Below, in pieces: positions 1 to 10,622 of a DNA stretch of 64,000 nucleotides. The stretch is from the human T2T-CHM13v2.0 reference genome, Homo sapiens, in the NCBI RefSeq assembly GCF_009914755.1, contig NC_060938.1. One strand, given 5' to 3'. A program made the translations under genes and the position numbers. The notes beneath the pieces are model-generated. The model was not told where the DNA came from and searched no databases. It worked only from the letters and a program-made list of their open reading frames with translations. Position 1 is the first letter of the stretch. The number at the start of each line of letters is the position of its first letter.

Positions 1-1925
1 AGAAAATGACCTTGTAGGTCATTTCGGGACTCTGGCTTTTACATTGAGTGTGATAGAAAGCTACTGGGGTGTCAGGGGCAGAGGAGGTATAGGATTCATA
101 TTATAACCAGATCACTCCAGCTGCAGCATTGAGAATAGATCATAGGAAGGCAAGGGTGCAAGGGAGAAGGATGCAAGAGAAGAGGCTCTAGTGGGAATCC
201 AGGGAGAGCCCCAGTGGCTTAAACGAAGATGGTGGCAGTGGACATGGAGACATGTGAATATATTTTGGAGAAAAATTCAGCAGGATTTCCTGATGTGTTG
301 ACATGCGGTATAAGAGAAAGTGTGGAATTAGTGACTCTAAGGCTTTTGTTGTTATTGTTGGGTTTGGTTTGGGGTTTTTGTTTGCTTTTTCATTTTTTCC
401 TGAGCAACTGAAAGGATAGAGTTATTTTCCAGATGGGAAGATCGTGGGTGGAAACTGTTTGGGGAAGAATATTAAAGTTTGCTTTCGGTGACTTGAGTTT
501 GATCCCCAAGCGAAGACATCCAGGAGGCGTTGGACCTGAGCATTTGGAGTTGGGAGAGGTATCTGGGCTGGGGGGGCATACGAGGGACCATTGGGGTACA
601 GATGGTGTTAAAAGCCAGAGACTACATGAAATGGGTGAAGGCGGGGTGCAGATGGAGAAGTGAAAAAGTGCAAGGACCAAGCTCTACGGCACCCCCAGAG
701 GTCTGGGGGACAAGGAGGGATCAGCAAAGTAGAGTGATGAGGAACTACAGGTGAGGTGAAAGGAAACTCAGGGCAATGTGGTGTCCTGGCAGCAAGTGTG
801 GTGAGGATGGTGAGGAAGAGAGCAAGGAGGCCAGTACCAAATGCTGCTAGGGGTCGAGTTAAAGGAGGACTGAGAAGTGACCATTGGATTTAGTAATGGG
901 GAGGCCATTTGTTACCCTGACAAGAGTAGAGGTGTTAAAGCCCACTTGGATGGGTTAACAGAGAAGGGAAGGGAGGAACTGGAGACAGAAGAGAGGAACA
1001 GGCAGTAGTTCATAGGGAACTGGGTCAAGAGGGTTTTTTTTTTGTTTTTCATTTTTTAAGTGAGAGTGATAATAGCATTTTTGTGTGAAGATGAGAATAA
1101 TACAATGAGAAGAGGAATTGTTGATGCCAGAGAGAAAGGAGAGCTGCTGGAGCAATGCCCTAGAGTAGGTGGGATGAGATGGGATCTATATGCAGGTGGG
1201 AGGTTGGCATTAGATGGGTGCACAGACAGGCCAGCTATTGTGTCAGGTGGGAGGCGGCACATGTGGGTGATGATGCTGGCAGGTATGAGTCTAATGATTT
1301 TCCTGATGGCTTCAATTTTCCCTGTGAAATAGGAAACTAAGAACTGGAGAGAAGATATCAGAGGCTTAAGGAGAGTGGATAAGGTATTATGTGGATGTCT
1401 AGGAGAGTGGGAGAGTCCATAGACCAGGGAAATGAACACAGTTGCCTGGCTGCACCAAGCACTCATGATGTTCACTATCACAAACATAAAGTGGGACTGG
1501 TGCATGTAGTTATGAGTTTTTCGCTAGCCACGTTTGGCTGTTCGGGTGCAGACACAGTTTGCTAGATTTAAACAGGGTTGAGGTGTTGCCAAGTGGGAAA
1601 GCTACAGAGAGACAAAGAAATAGAGATTAGATGCAAGGGGGCCATCATGATAATTGCCCAGGTAATGAAAGGAAGCTGAAAAGGGAAGATAGTGAGGGTC
1701 AGCAAAAGGTGGTGGGATCAGTGGATGGGTGCTGCCAGTGGGTTGAAGGTGGTGGGAGCAGTGATGGGGCTCCCAGTGGGTTGAAGGTGGTGAGAGAAGA
1801 GGATGGTCGTTCCCAGTGGGTTGAAGGCTTGTTGGAGTTGGGACACTGGGTGGTATGAACTGGAGAGTCAGGAGGTAAGTGATCAGATGCTGGGATGGAT
1901 GAAAATGAGAATATGGATGGCAAGG
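1..1925 (-). mobile_element. L2 LINE, ORF2 RT-side fragment (continues beyond window start)
   Basis: Minus-strand remnants of L2 ORF2 motifs in the correct order: LDPIP-like (~1180), PLDP (~1025), LVRVTNG-PITKSNG (~880-925), GVP-S-VL (~690), GF-HLY (~600). Confidence 0.85.
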
Positions 1926-1929
1926 TGGT

Positions 1930-2312
1930 TGTTCACCCCCAAACATGGCTGGAATACATTTTTTTGTTCCTTTTTGCAGTTAGATATGGCCAATGCTTAG
2001 TTCTGGCAAAGGAAATGTGGATGGAGATGATGTGCCCAGTTTCTAGGCCTGGCCCATAAAAAAATCATCTCATGCAATTCTATACCCTTTTTCTTTTCTG
2101 TCTGCCACTGAATGCAGAGAATCCAGCCAGGACTGTGAAGCCCCAGGGAATGGCTGCACTTCAAGTCAGAAGGAGCCTGGGTCCCTGAATCATCATGTGG
2201 AAGGCTCTCCACCCAGTTCAATGGTGCAATGGACCACAAGCAGGAACTTAATTTAGAATGTGCTTATTTTGTTAGATTTTGTAATTAAAAAATGGATCCC
2301 ACTCTGACTGAA
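1930..2312 (+). mobile_element. MLT1J-like MaLR LTR fragment interrupting the L2
   Basis: 'gcagttagatatggccaatgcttagttctggcaaaggaaatgtg' and 'agaaggagcctgggtccctgaatcatcatgtggaag' are typical of MLT1J-type LTRs. Confidence 0.7.
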
Positions 2313-2440
2313 TCAGAGATGTTGAAGTCATTGATCTGGGAGGGTATGTTCCTGGGAGTGGGTGGCTGAGGTGAGATTTCAAACAAGGTTGTTGAGGAAG
2401 AGGAGTTCAAGTGACTGAGAGGACATATTGTTGGATAAAT

Positions 2441-2490
<50 letters not shown>

Positions 2491-2900
2491 GAAATCACCA
2501 AGAATAGGGAAAGAAGTGTATAAGAGAGTGTGGCAGTGAGCCCAGAGCTAAAAGAAATCATGAGCAGGGAGTAATTCACGAGCAGAAAGTAGAAGCAACG
2601 AGAGGCAGTTAATGAGAGAAGCAGCTGAGGGATTTTAGCAAGGGATGGGGGAGGATGGTATGGAAGCAGTATCTGGGGGCCAAGAGGACGCCGCCCCATC
2701 TCCAAGCCCGGTGGTCAGGAGAATGAGGGGAAAATGTCAGCGCAGGAGAGGCTACGAGGGAGGAGGAGCAGCATCGGCAGGAGGAGCCCCAGGTGAGAGG
2801 GACATTCAGGGAAGAGACTGCAGATTACAGGGATTTTTCTAAAGAGGGTTTCTGAATCCAGACGCACATTGGAGGACTCTTGAGATGCTGGGGTCTTGTG
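2313..2900 (-). mobile_element. L2 LINE, ORF2 APE-endonuclease-side fragment
   Basis: The reverse complement at ~2489-2506 encodes ILGDFN, followed by NLSNNMSSQSLELLFLNNL (L2 'DPSNTLASQFLDLL'-like). KIPVICSLFPECPSHL near 2790-2840 resembles the ORF2 N-terminus. Confidence 0.75.
2441..2489. repeat. (TG)n microsatellite, ~24 units
   Basis: Directly visible. Confidence 0.98.
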
Positions 2901-3386
2901 ATGGGAAGATGGAGACAGAATGAAGGATGTGTGGAGCCCTACGGGGAGGAGAGAATAAAGAAGTGGGGTGACCTGGGAGCCTGGGATTCTTGTGACCATG
3001 GACACAGGTATCAAAGGCATGATGCAGTTAGCCCTGGGGAACCTGAGGCAGGTGGTGGTGATGAGGGGCAGGGAGCAGTGGTGTCTGGGACTCAGTCTTG
3101 GCTGCTGTCGCTGGAGGCAGTGAGGCCTGAGACAAATGGGATTAGTCCCACTTTAAGACCCTTCTCTGAGCCCATAGGCTTCTTCTTAACCCCTGTGCAT
3201 GGAAGGAAAAAGGTAGGACATGAGGTTGATAGATGTGATTAAGATGTGGATTCTTAATCACATCTACTAGCTTCAGCTGTCCTACTCTTGGGAGGCTCAC
3301 TTTTATACATAGAGAAAATATGTGCCATTATAACTGTGCTTCAGTGGGCAAAGTAGAGCAGACTTCATTTAAAAGGCTGCTCCATG

Positions 3387-3994
3387 CCTCTCTGCCCGGC
3401 CGCCCCGTCTGGGAAGTGAGGAGCGCCTCTGCCCGGCTGCCCCGTCTGGTAGGTGTACCCAACAGCTCCGAAGAGACAGCGACCATCGAGAACGGGCCAT
3501 GACGACGATGGCGGTTTTGTCGAAAAGAAAAGGGGGAAATGTGGGGAAAAGAAAGAGAGATCAGATTGTTACTGTGTCTGTGTAGAAAGAAGTAGACATA
3601 GGAGACTCCATTTTGTTCTGTAATAAGAAAAATTCTTCTGCCTTGGGATGCTGTTAATCTATAACCTTACCCCCAACCCCGTGCTCTCTGAAATATGTGC
3701 TGTGTCAACTCAGGGTTAAATGGATTAAGGGCGGTGCAAGATGTGCTTTGTTAAACAGATGCTTGAAGGCAGCATGCTCGTTAAGAGTCATCACCACTCC
3801 CTAATCTCAAGTACCCAGGGACACAAACACTGCGGAAGGCCGCAGGGACCTTTGCCTAGGTAAACCAGAGACCTTTGTTCACGTGTTTATCTGCTGACCT
3901 TCTCTCCACTATTATCCTATGACCCTGCCACATCCCCCTCTCTGAGAAACACCCAAGAATGATCAATAAATACTAAAAAAAAAAAAAAAAAAAA
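3387..3994 (+). mobile_element. 5'-truncated SVA (old SVA_A/B type): ~2 VNTR units, SINE-R, polyA
   Basis: VNTR 'gccccgtctgggaagtgaggagcgcctctgcccgg'; SINE-R 'gtgtacccaacagctccgaagagacagcgaccatcgagaacgggcc'; AATAAA and A-tail; 16-bp TSD aaaaggctgctccatg at 3371-3386 and 3995-4010; TT/AAAA endonuclease site. Confidence 0.96.
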
Positions 3995-4124
3995 AAAAGG
4001 CTGCTCCATGTTCATTACAGAAAACAAAGTCAATGTGCTGTTGACATTATTGCACATGACTGCACAGCTGTGCACAAGCTCCACCCACCAGGTGAGTCTT
4101 ACCACTTTCCCTAAGTCCTGGTGC

Positions 4125-4288
4125 CTTGCTTCTCACAGAGTGGTCCATGGGCCAGCAGCATTGGCATCACCTGGATGCTTGTTAGAAGTGCAGGATCTCA
4201 GCAAGACCCAGACATACTGAATCCTCATCTGCATTTTAACTAGATCCCCAGGTGATCCTTAGGCACGTTAAGCCTGAGGAAGCACTGT
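4125..4288. mobile_element. MER5A/B hAT-Charlie MITE
   Basis: 'ccagcagcattggcatcacctgg...ttgttagaa...ctgcattttaac...ccccaggtgat...agcactg'. Confidence 0.8.
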
Positions 4289-4643
4289 GATGCATTTCTT
4301 GTTATTAGTAGGAACAAAGCAGGTGCCTCCAAGAAGAAAAAGGCAAATGAAAGAAGCAGCTCCAGGAAAGATGACATGTTACTCATCAGCCTTAAAATTC
4401 CAAGTTCAATGCATTTTTCCCCCCAGTGCTGGCAGTGTATTGGATTCATGTGAACCTCATTAAAAATTAAAACAAACAAGTTCTAACTTGCATGACTCCA
4501 AAAACATTTCATTGTTTCTTTAGGGAGAAATAGATGAGAACAGACAAAGTTGATTACACAGAATAAGGACAAAACAACTCTGAACTTTTAACCTGCATGA
4601 GTTGTCAGTAGAATCTCGGAATCATAGAATTCCAGAGTTTAGA

Positions 4644-4822
4644 GCAGTTAGCTCAACACTGGCTACACATCAGAGTCACCTGGGGAACTTTCCAAAAAGT
4701 ACAAAATACTAGTGCTGAGCCCCAATCCCAGATATTCTATCTGAGGAAAGAAACGGGCATCAGGTATTTTTCAAAAGCTCTCTGGGTGATTCTTATATGC
4801 AGCAAGGATTGAGATTCACTGG
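4644..4822. mobile_element. MER5A/B hAT-Charlie MITE
   Basis: 'ctggctacacatcagagtcacctggggaactt...aaagctctctgggtgattctta...gattgagattcactg'. Confidence 0.75.
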
Positions 4823-5110
4823 TAGAAATAAGATGCAAGACACATATGTGATTTAAAATTATCTAGGACCCAAATTAAGTAGGTAGAAACAAATGAAATT
4901 AATTTCAATAACGTATCTTAATCCAATATGTCCAAAATATTATCATTTGAAATGTAGTTAATATAAAAAACTAATAATGATTTTTTTCTCAGTAAGACTT
5001 TAACATCCAGTGTGTATTTTACACATGTAGAACATCTCAATTCAGTTTAGCCACATTTCAAGGGTTCAATAGCCACATGTGGCTAATGACTGTCATAGTG
5101 GACAGTGTAG
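4823..5110. mobile_element. MER33/MER3-type hAT-Charlie element
   Basis: Ends in 'tagccacatttcaagggttcaatagccacatgtggctaatgactgtcatagtggacagtg'. Confidence 0.75.
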
Positions 5111-6030
5111 TTCCAAGTAATAACAGTAATGCTAGTCTATGAAAGATAGGTTTCCACCTCTGGAAAACAAAATCATTGCCCATTTAAAGTAGAAGAGCCA
5201 GTTCAGAAGATAATGAGATGTAATTCAGTATTATTTCTTGCTTGCAAACAGCCTCTTAAAATCATCGTGGAAGTTCAATGAAGAGGTAAGATTTAGAAAG
5301 TTTGCAAAATTTCTTCCAAAAAGGGAAATGTCTGGGATTTACGTGACAGAGGCAAACCCTTACGTGATGCTATGTTAAGGCATGTAAATGAATACTGTGC
5401 TGAGTTTCTCAGCAACCTATGGTGTTGGGAAGGGCTGATCTTCTGATTTTGATCTAGGAAACGATAGGAATATAGTCAATGGCTACATTTTCTTTTTCTC
5501 TCTTGGAATCAACCATTATAAAGAGCAGGCATCTTTGGGGATTTTGGTGTCTGCACAGCTGAATCAGCATCGGAATCAGGAATGTGCGAGGATAACATTC
5601 TGCGGTTTGGCATTCCTGTCTCAATTCCTCCACTTCTTAGAAAAGAAGCGTCACTCACTGATATTCTCCCAAACCAGCTGTTGAGTATAATAAAGACCTT
5701 CCTCTTAGTATTAACATTAGATTGTATTCTTAGGCTCTAATTTTTACCACGGGATTTTTCCCTAAAGAAATTAGAGAAATCACTTAGCCATTGGCATGTG
5801 TTAACTGTAACCAGGTCATGTAGCTCTTCTGAGCCTGAGGCAAATAAACAGAAAATCTTAGCGACATGTGCTGAGAACTAGGTTAAACAAATTTCTCAGG
5901 ATGGGTTGCAGAATAGTTTGCTGGTGCTGGCAATGAAGTGTAGAGGCACTTAAGAGGGATGATTTTTCTCGCTTTTTACCAAAATGTCTTTGCTTCCCTC
6001 ATAAGCCACTTTCTTCCGAAAGCCAACCAT

Positions 6031-6357
<327 letters not shown>

Positions 6358-6770
6358 GACCATGGTTTTGTAAAGAGAGAACATTGAAAACATAATTGGT
6401 CTTTGGTCTATCTAGTTTCTCCATTTTGTACCCTTCTTTCACCTTTGCCAGTAATACTCTTTTCTCTCGGAAGACCCTGGAATGTTTCTCTAGTGTCAAA
6501 ATTCATCCCAGCTAAGACTTGTGAACTTAACACCAAAGAGTAACCTGTTTATATCACAGTGCAAATTACACAGAACTATCACTCTTCCAGTGCTTTTGTG
6601 ATAAAGAAATAAAGCACTATCAGAAGAATACCATGCATCCGCTAGGTAGTGAAGATTTTTAAAAAGTGGGCACAAAATTAGAACAAATGGAACCCTGAAA
6701 CCGCACTACATAGGCAAATAGCTGAGTACAGATTGAAGTTAGAGAACCCTCGAGGGGCTAGGTATGAGTC

Positions 6771-6803
6771 TGCAATTATGATAGGCGGCCATCAGGGGGC
6801 ATT
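6771..6803 (+). promoter_or_regulatory. Candidate CTCF site with upstream (ZF9-11) module
   Basis: Core CGGCCATCAGGGGGCATT (6786-6803) versus consensus TGGCCACCAGGGGGCGC; TGCAATTAT lies 6 bp upstream; the site is in non-repeat DNA. Confidence 0.7.
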
Positions 6804-7024
6804 TCAGCGCCTTGGTCGTGTGGCCAAAGGATCAGGTTTACCATAATCAGAGAATAAGGTAATTTTTACTTCTTTAAAAATAGAGTAGTTTAAATAAAAT
6901 TATCAATTAGGGTTTAAAGATGATTCATATGAGCAAGTTCTTAAACCAAAGCCAAGGAAAAAGTGCGCTACCTGCCTCACTATGCGGTTTTCATAATTCA
7001 GGGTAGCCTTGCTTATGGCCCTAA

Positions 7025-7228
<204 letters not shown>

Positions 7229-7384
7229 TAAGGGAGAACTTTTAAAGGGGATTTTCACAATTTCAATAGCCCAGCAGTATCCTCTCACTCTCTTTTCCTT
7301 TTCCACTGCTACATGGAATGGAAGGAGCTGCTCGCTGTGTTAAAATGTGGAGATTATTTTGAAAATTTGAATATGAAGAATAAG

Positions 7385-7801
7385 TGTCTTAAGCCATTCT
7401 CTCATTTTTATAAAGAAATAACCTGAGACTGAGTAATTTATAAAGAAAGAGTTTTAATTGGTTCTCGGTTCTGCAGGCTGTACGGGAAGCATAGTGACAT
7501 CTGGTCCCGGGGAGGCCCCAAGAAGCTTACAATCATTGTGCAAGGCAAAGTGGGAGAAGGTACATCACATGGCAAAAGCAGGAGCAAGAGAGTGAAGGGT
7601 GAGGTGCCACACACTTTTAAATGACCAGACCTCCCAGGAACTCACTCATTATCTCGAGGACAGTCCCAAGGGGATGGCACTAAACCATTCATGAGCAATC
7701 CACCCCCATGATCCAGTCACCTCCCATCAGGCCCCACCTCCAACACTGGGGATTACATTTCAATGTGAGGTTTGGGCAGGGACCACATCCAAGCTATAAC
7801 A
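7385..7801 (-). mobile_element. MSTA/MSTB MaLR solo LTR
   Basis: tgtctta...ctataaca termini; 'ggttctgcaggctgtacgggaagcatagtg'; 'caggccccacctccaacactggggattacattt'. Confidence 0.88.
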
Positions 7802-8079
7802 AGTAGTTACTTTAAAAGAAGTGAAGTAGTCTTAGCTGATATCTGCAAGATATTAGAAGGGCTTTTCAGGTCAAATTACTCTGAGGTTCTCAAGAGAGAA
7901 GTCTGACACATATAAGATAAAATGTGTGAGGTTTAATCCATCTGAAACTCTACAGTGCTCCCCTTTGCTTAAAGATTAGGTGTAGATTATTCCATCTAAT
8001 ATGAATGAGTGTAGGACTCACATAGTGGATTAAGTTAATGCTGAGTGGCAAGGTAAAGACATAAAAATAAATCTTAACG

Positions 8080-8360
8080 TTTGACTCAGGAGATTGCATT
8101 TAATTTGGCAGCTAGTAGGAAACCATTGAATGTTTTTGAGTAAGAGGGGTGGCATTCATGCAGTAGTGCTTTAGTGTCAGGGGAAACAAAGGACAGAAAA
8201 AGCTCAAAAGCTTGGTGGAAGTGGAATCCATAAAACTAGGTAGCAGATCAAATGTAGAGACTAAAGAAGAAAGATGAGTTAAAGATGACTCTGATGATGA
8301 GTAGGAGGATGATAGTGTCCTGAAAGAATAGGGAGGCCAAAAGTTGGAAAGAAATATAAA
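8080..8360 (-). mobile_element. Old L2 fragment
   Basis: 'aggaaaccattgaatgtttttgagtaagagggg' and 'gagttaaagatgactctga' are L2 antisense motifs. Confidence 0.55.
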
Positions 8361-8717
8361 CTTGACCTTCAACATGCAGAGTTGAGAATCAGATAAAAAT
8401 GTGTATGTGAAGTGCTTTGGAAGGTGCACAGGATCATTGTCATGTAATAATACCATTTAGTAAACACAAGGCAAGTATTTTATGTGTAGGATCTCAGATA
8501 CAGGCTGTGCCCCCACTGTCAGGAAAATGACCCATAAGTACAGGAGAAAGAACTTCAGGGCAGAGGAAGACTATGTCCTGAGCTTTTTGTTTTGTTTTGT
8601 TTTTAATCAGTTGGGGCAATTAAAAGAGGCAATGAGAAAGTAGCAAAGAGAACATAACAAGTGAAACAACAGGAGGTCACTCTAAATAGCCCAACGAATT
8701 GGAGATGACAAGCTTCA

Positions 8718-8962
8718 ATGTGGTAGAAAAGACAATGGGCTTCAAGTAGGACTGGCTGAGTTCAAATTCAGACTCCACAAGTTAACTAGCTGGCTTATGG
8801 TGGGCAACTTCACCTCTGCATGCTTCAATTTCTCTATCTGTAAAACGAGGCTATTTAAAGTATCTGCTCATAGAGTTATTGTGAGGATTAAGGGAGATCA
8901 TACTCGAAAGTGCTAAAAGCAGTGCCTGGAACACCGCCACAACTCAAAAACTGTTAGCTGTC
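8718..8962 (+). mobile_element. MIR SINE
   Basis: Core 'cttcaatttctctatctgtaaaacgagg...gttattgtgaggattaa...cagtgcctggaaca'. Confidence 0.85.
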
Positions 8963-8996
8963 AGCAGTAGTATCATGGAAGTTAAATCAGAGAAAA

Positions 8997-9642
8997 AAAA
9001 ATTTAACTATTATTTTAGGTTCGGGGTACATGTGCAGGTTTGTTACACAGGTAAACTTGTGTCACAGGGTTTGCTGTACAGATTATTTCATCACCCAAGT
9101 ACTAAGCCTAGTACCAAATACCTATTTTTTTCCAATCTTCTCCCTCCTCCCACCCTCCATGCTCCAATAGGCTCTAGTGTCTGTTGCTCCCCAATTTGTG
9201 TCTATGAGTTCTTATCATTTAGCTCCCACTTACAAGCGAAAACATGTAGTACTTGGTTTTTTGTTCCTGCATTAGTTTGCTAGGGATGACAGCCTCCAGC
9301 TCCATCCATGTTCCTGGAAAATACATGATCTCATTCTTTTTTTATGGCTGCATAGTATTCCATGGTATATATGTACCACATTTTCTTTATCCAGTCTACC
9401 ACTGATGGGCATTTAGATTGATTCCTTGTCTTTGCTATTGTGAGTAGTGCTGCAATTAGCATATGTGTGCGTGTGTCTTTATGGTAGAAAGATTTATATT
9501 CCTTTGTATATATACCCAGTAATGGAATTGCTGGGTTGAATGGTAGTTCTATTTTAAGTTTTTTGAGGAATTGCCACAGTGCTTTGCACAATGGTTGAAC
9601 TAATTTACACTCCCACCAGGAGTGTATAAGCATTCCCTTTTC
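8997..9642 (-). mobile_element. 5'-truncated L1 (L1PA13-16 type) 3' end
   Basis: L1 3'UTR 'ggggtacatgtgcaggtttgttac...ggtaaact'; ORF2 C-terminus (..WYIYTMEYYAAIKK); TSD aaatcagagaaaa at 8984-8996 and 9643-9655. Confidence 0.92.
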
Positions 9643-10250
9643 AAATCAGAGAAAATTTCAAGGAGGTGGTCGATGATGCCAAACTTTTCTTAGAGTGGTG
9701 ATGGTGGAGGGCAAAATTTGTCTTTAAAATATGAAATTTCAATAAGAAGATTAGGGTGATTGCAATAGCAGTAACAACAGGAACAATAACTCACATTTAT
9801 TTCCTTCCATGTGGCCTTCTGATTGAATTTGCTATACGTTGGGGAAATTATTTTCAGTCTTCCTCATGCACATGAAAAAAGTCTGACAAAAAGTAACAAT
9901 ATGTAAAAAAGTAGGTGTTTAATATTTATAACACTAAGTAGCACGTTTGCTTTCTCTCAGAAGAAAATTTAACAGTATAATTTGCCAAGAGGAGGTAATC
10001 TAATTATCACGTCCACCCTGAATAGCATACTGCCAAGCCTAGGAACTGTGCTGGTGAACATTTAAAAATATTTTCTCAATGCACATCTTCTAAACACTGT
10101 GTACTCTGCTGTAATATACCCTACTGTAACACTTTTCCTAGGATTTATACTGGGTATATGTCAGTGATTTAATTACATTTTTTAAATGGATGCTATTTTT
10201 AGGATCCTCCTGAGCCTTTAAATTCTAGTTGACTATATATTGTTTAATAC

Positions 10251-10622
10251 CATATTAGTCGGTTCTCATGCTGCTCTAAGGATGTACACCAGACTGGATA
10301 ATTTATAAAGGAAAGAAGTTTAATTGACTCACTCTTCCACAGGGCTGGGGAGGCCTCAGGAAACTTACAGTCATGGTAGAAGGGGAAGCAAACATGTCCT
10401 TCTTCAAAAGGTAGCAGGAAAGAGAAGAATGAGCGAAGGGGAGAAAAGCCCCTTACAAAACCCTCATATCTCATGAGAACTCACTGACTGTCACAAGAAC
10501 AGCATGAGGGTAACCGCCCCCATGATTCAATTATCTCCCACCATGTCCCTCCCACAACACATGGGAATTCAAGATACAATTCAAGATGAGATTTGGGTGG
10601 GGACATAGCCAAACCATTATCA
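10251..10622 (-). mobile_element. THE1C MaLR solo LTR (inside the inverted block)
   Basis: 'gaaggggaagcaaacatgtccttcttc', 'agcatgagggtaaccgcccccatgattcaatta', ends '...gccaaaccattatca'. Confidence 0.9.
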
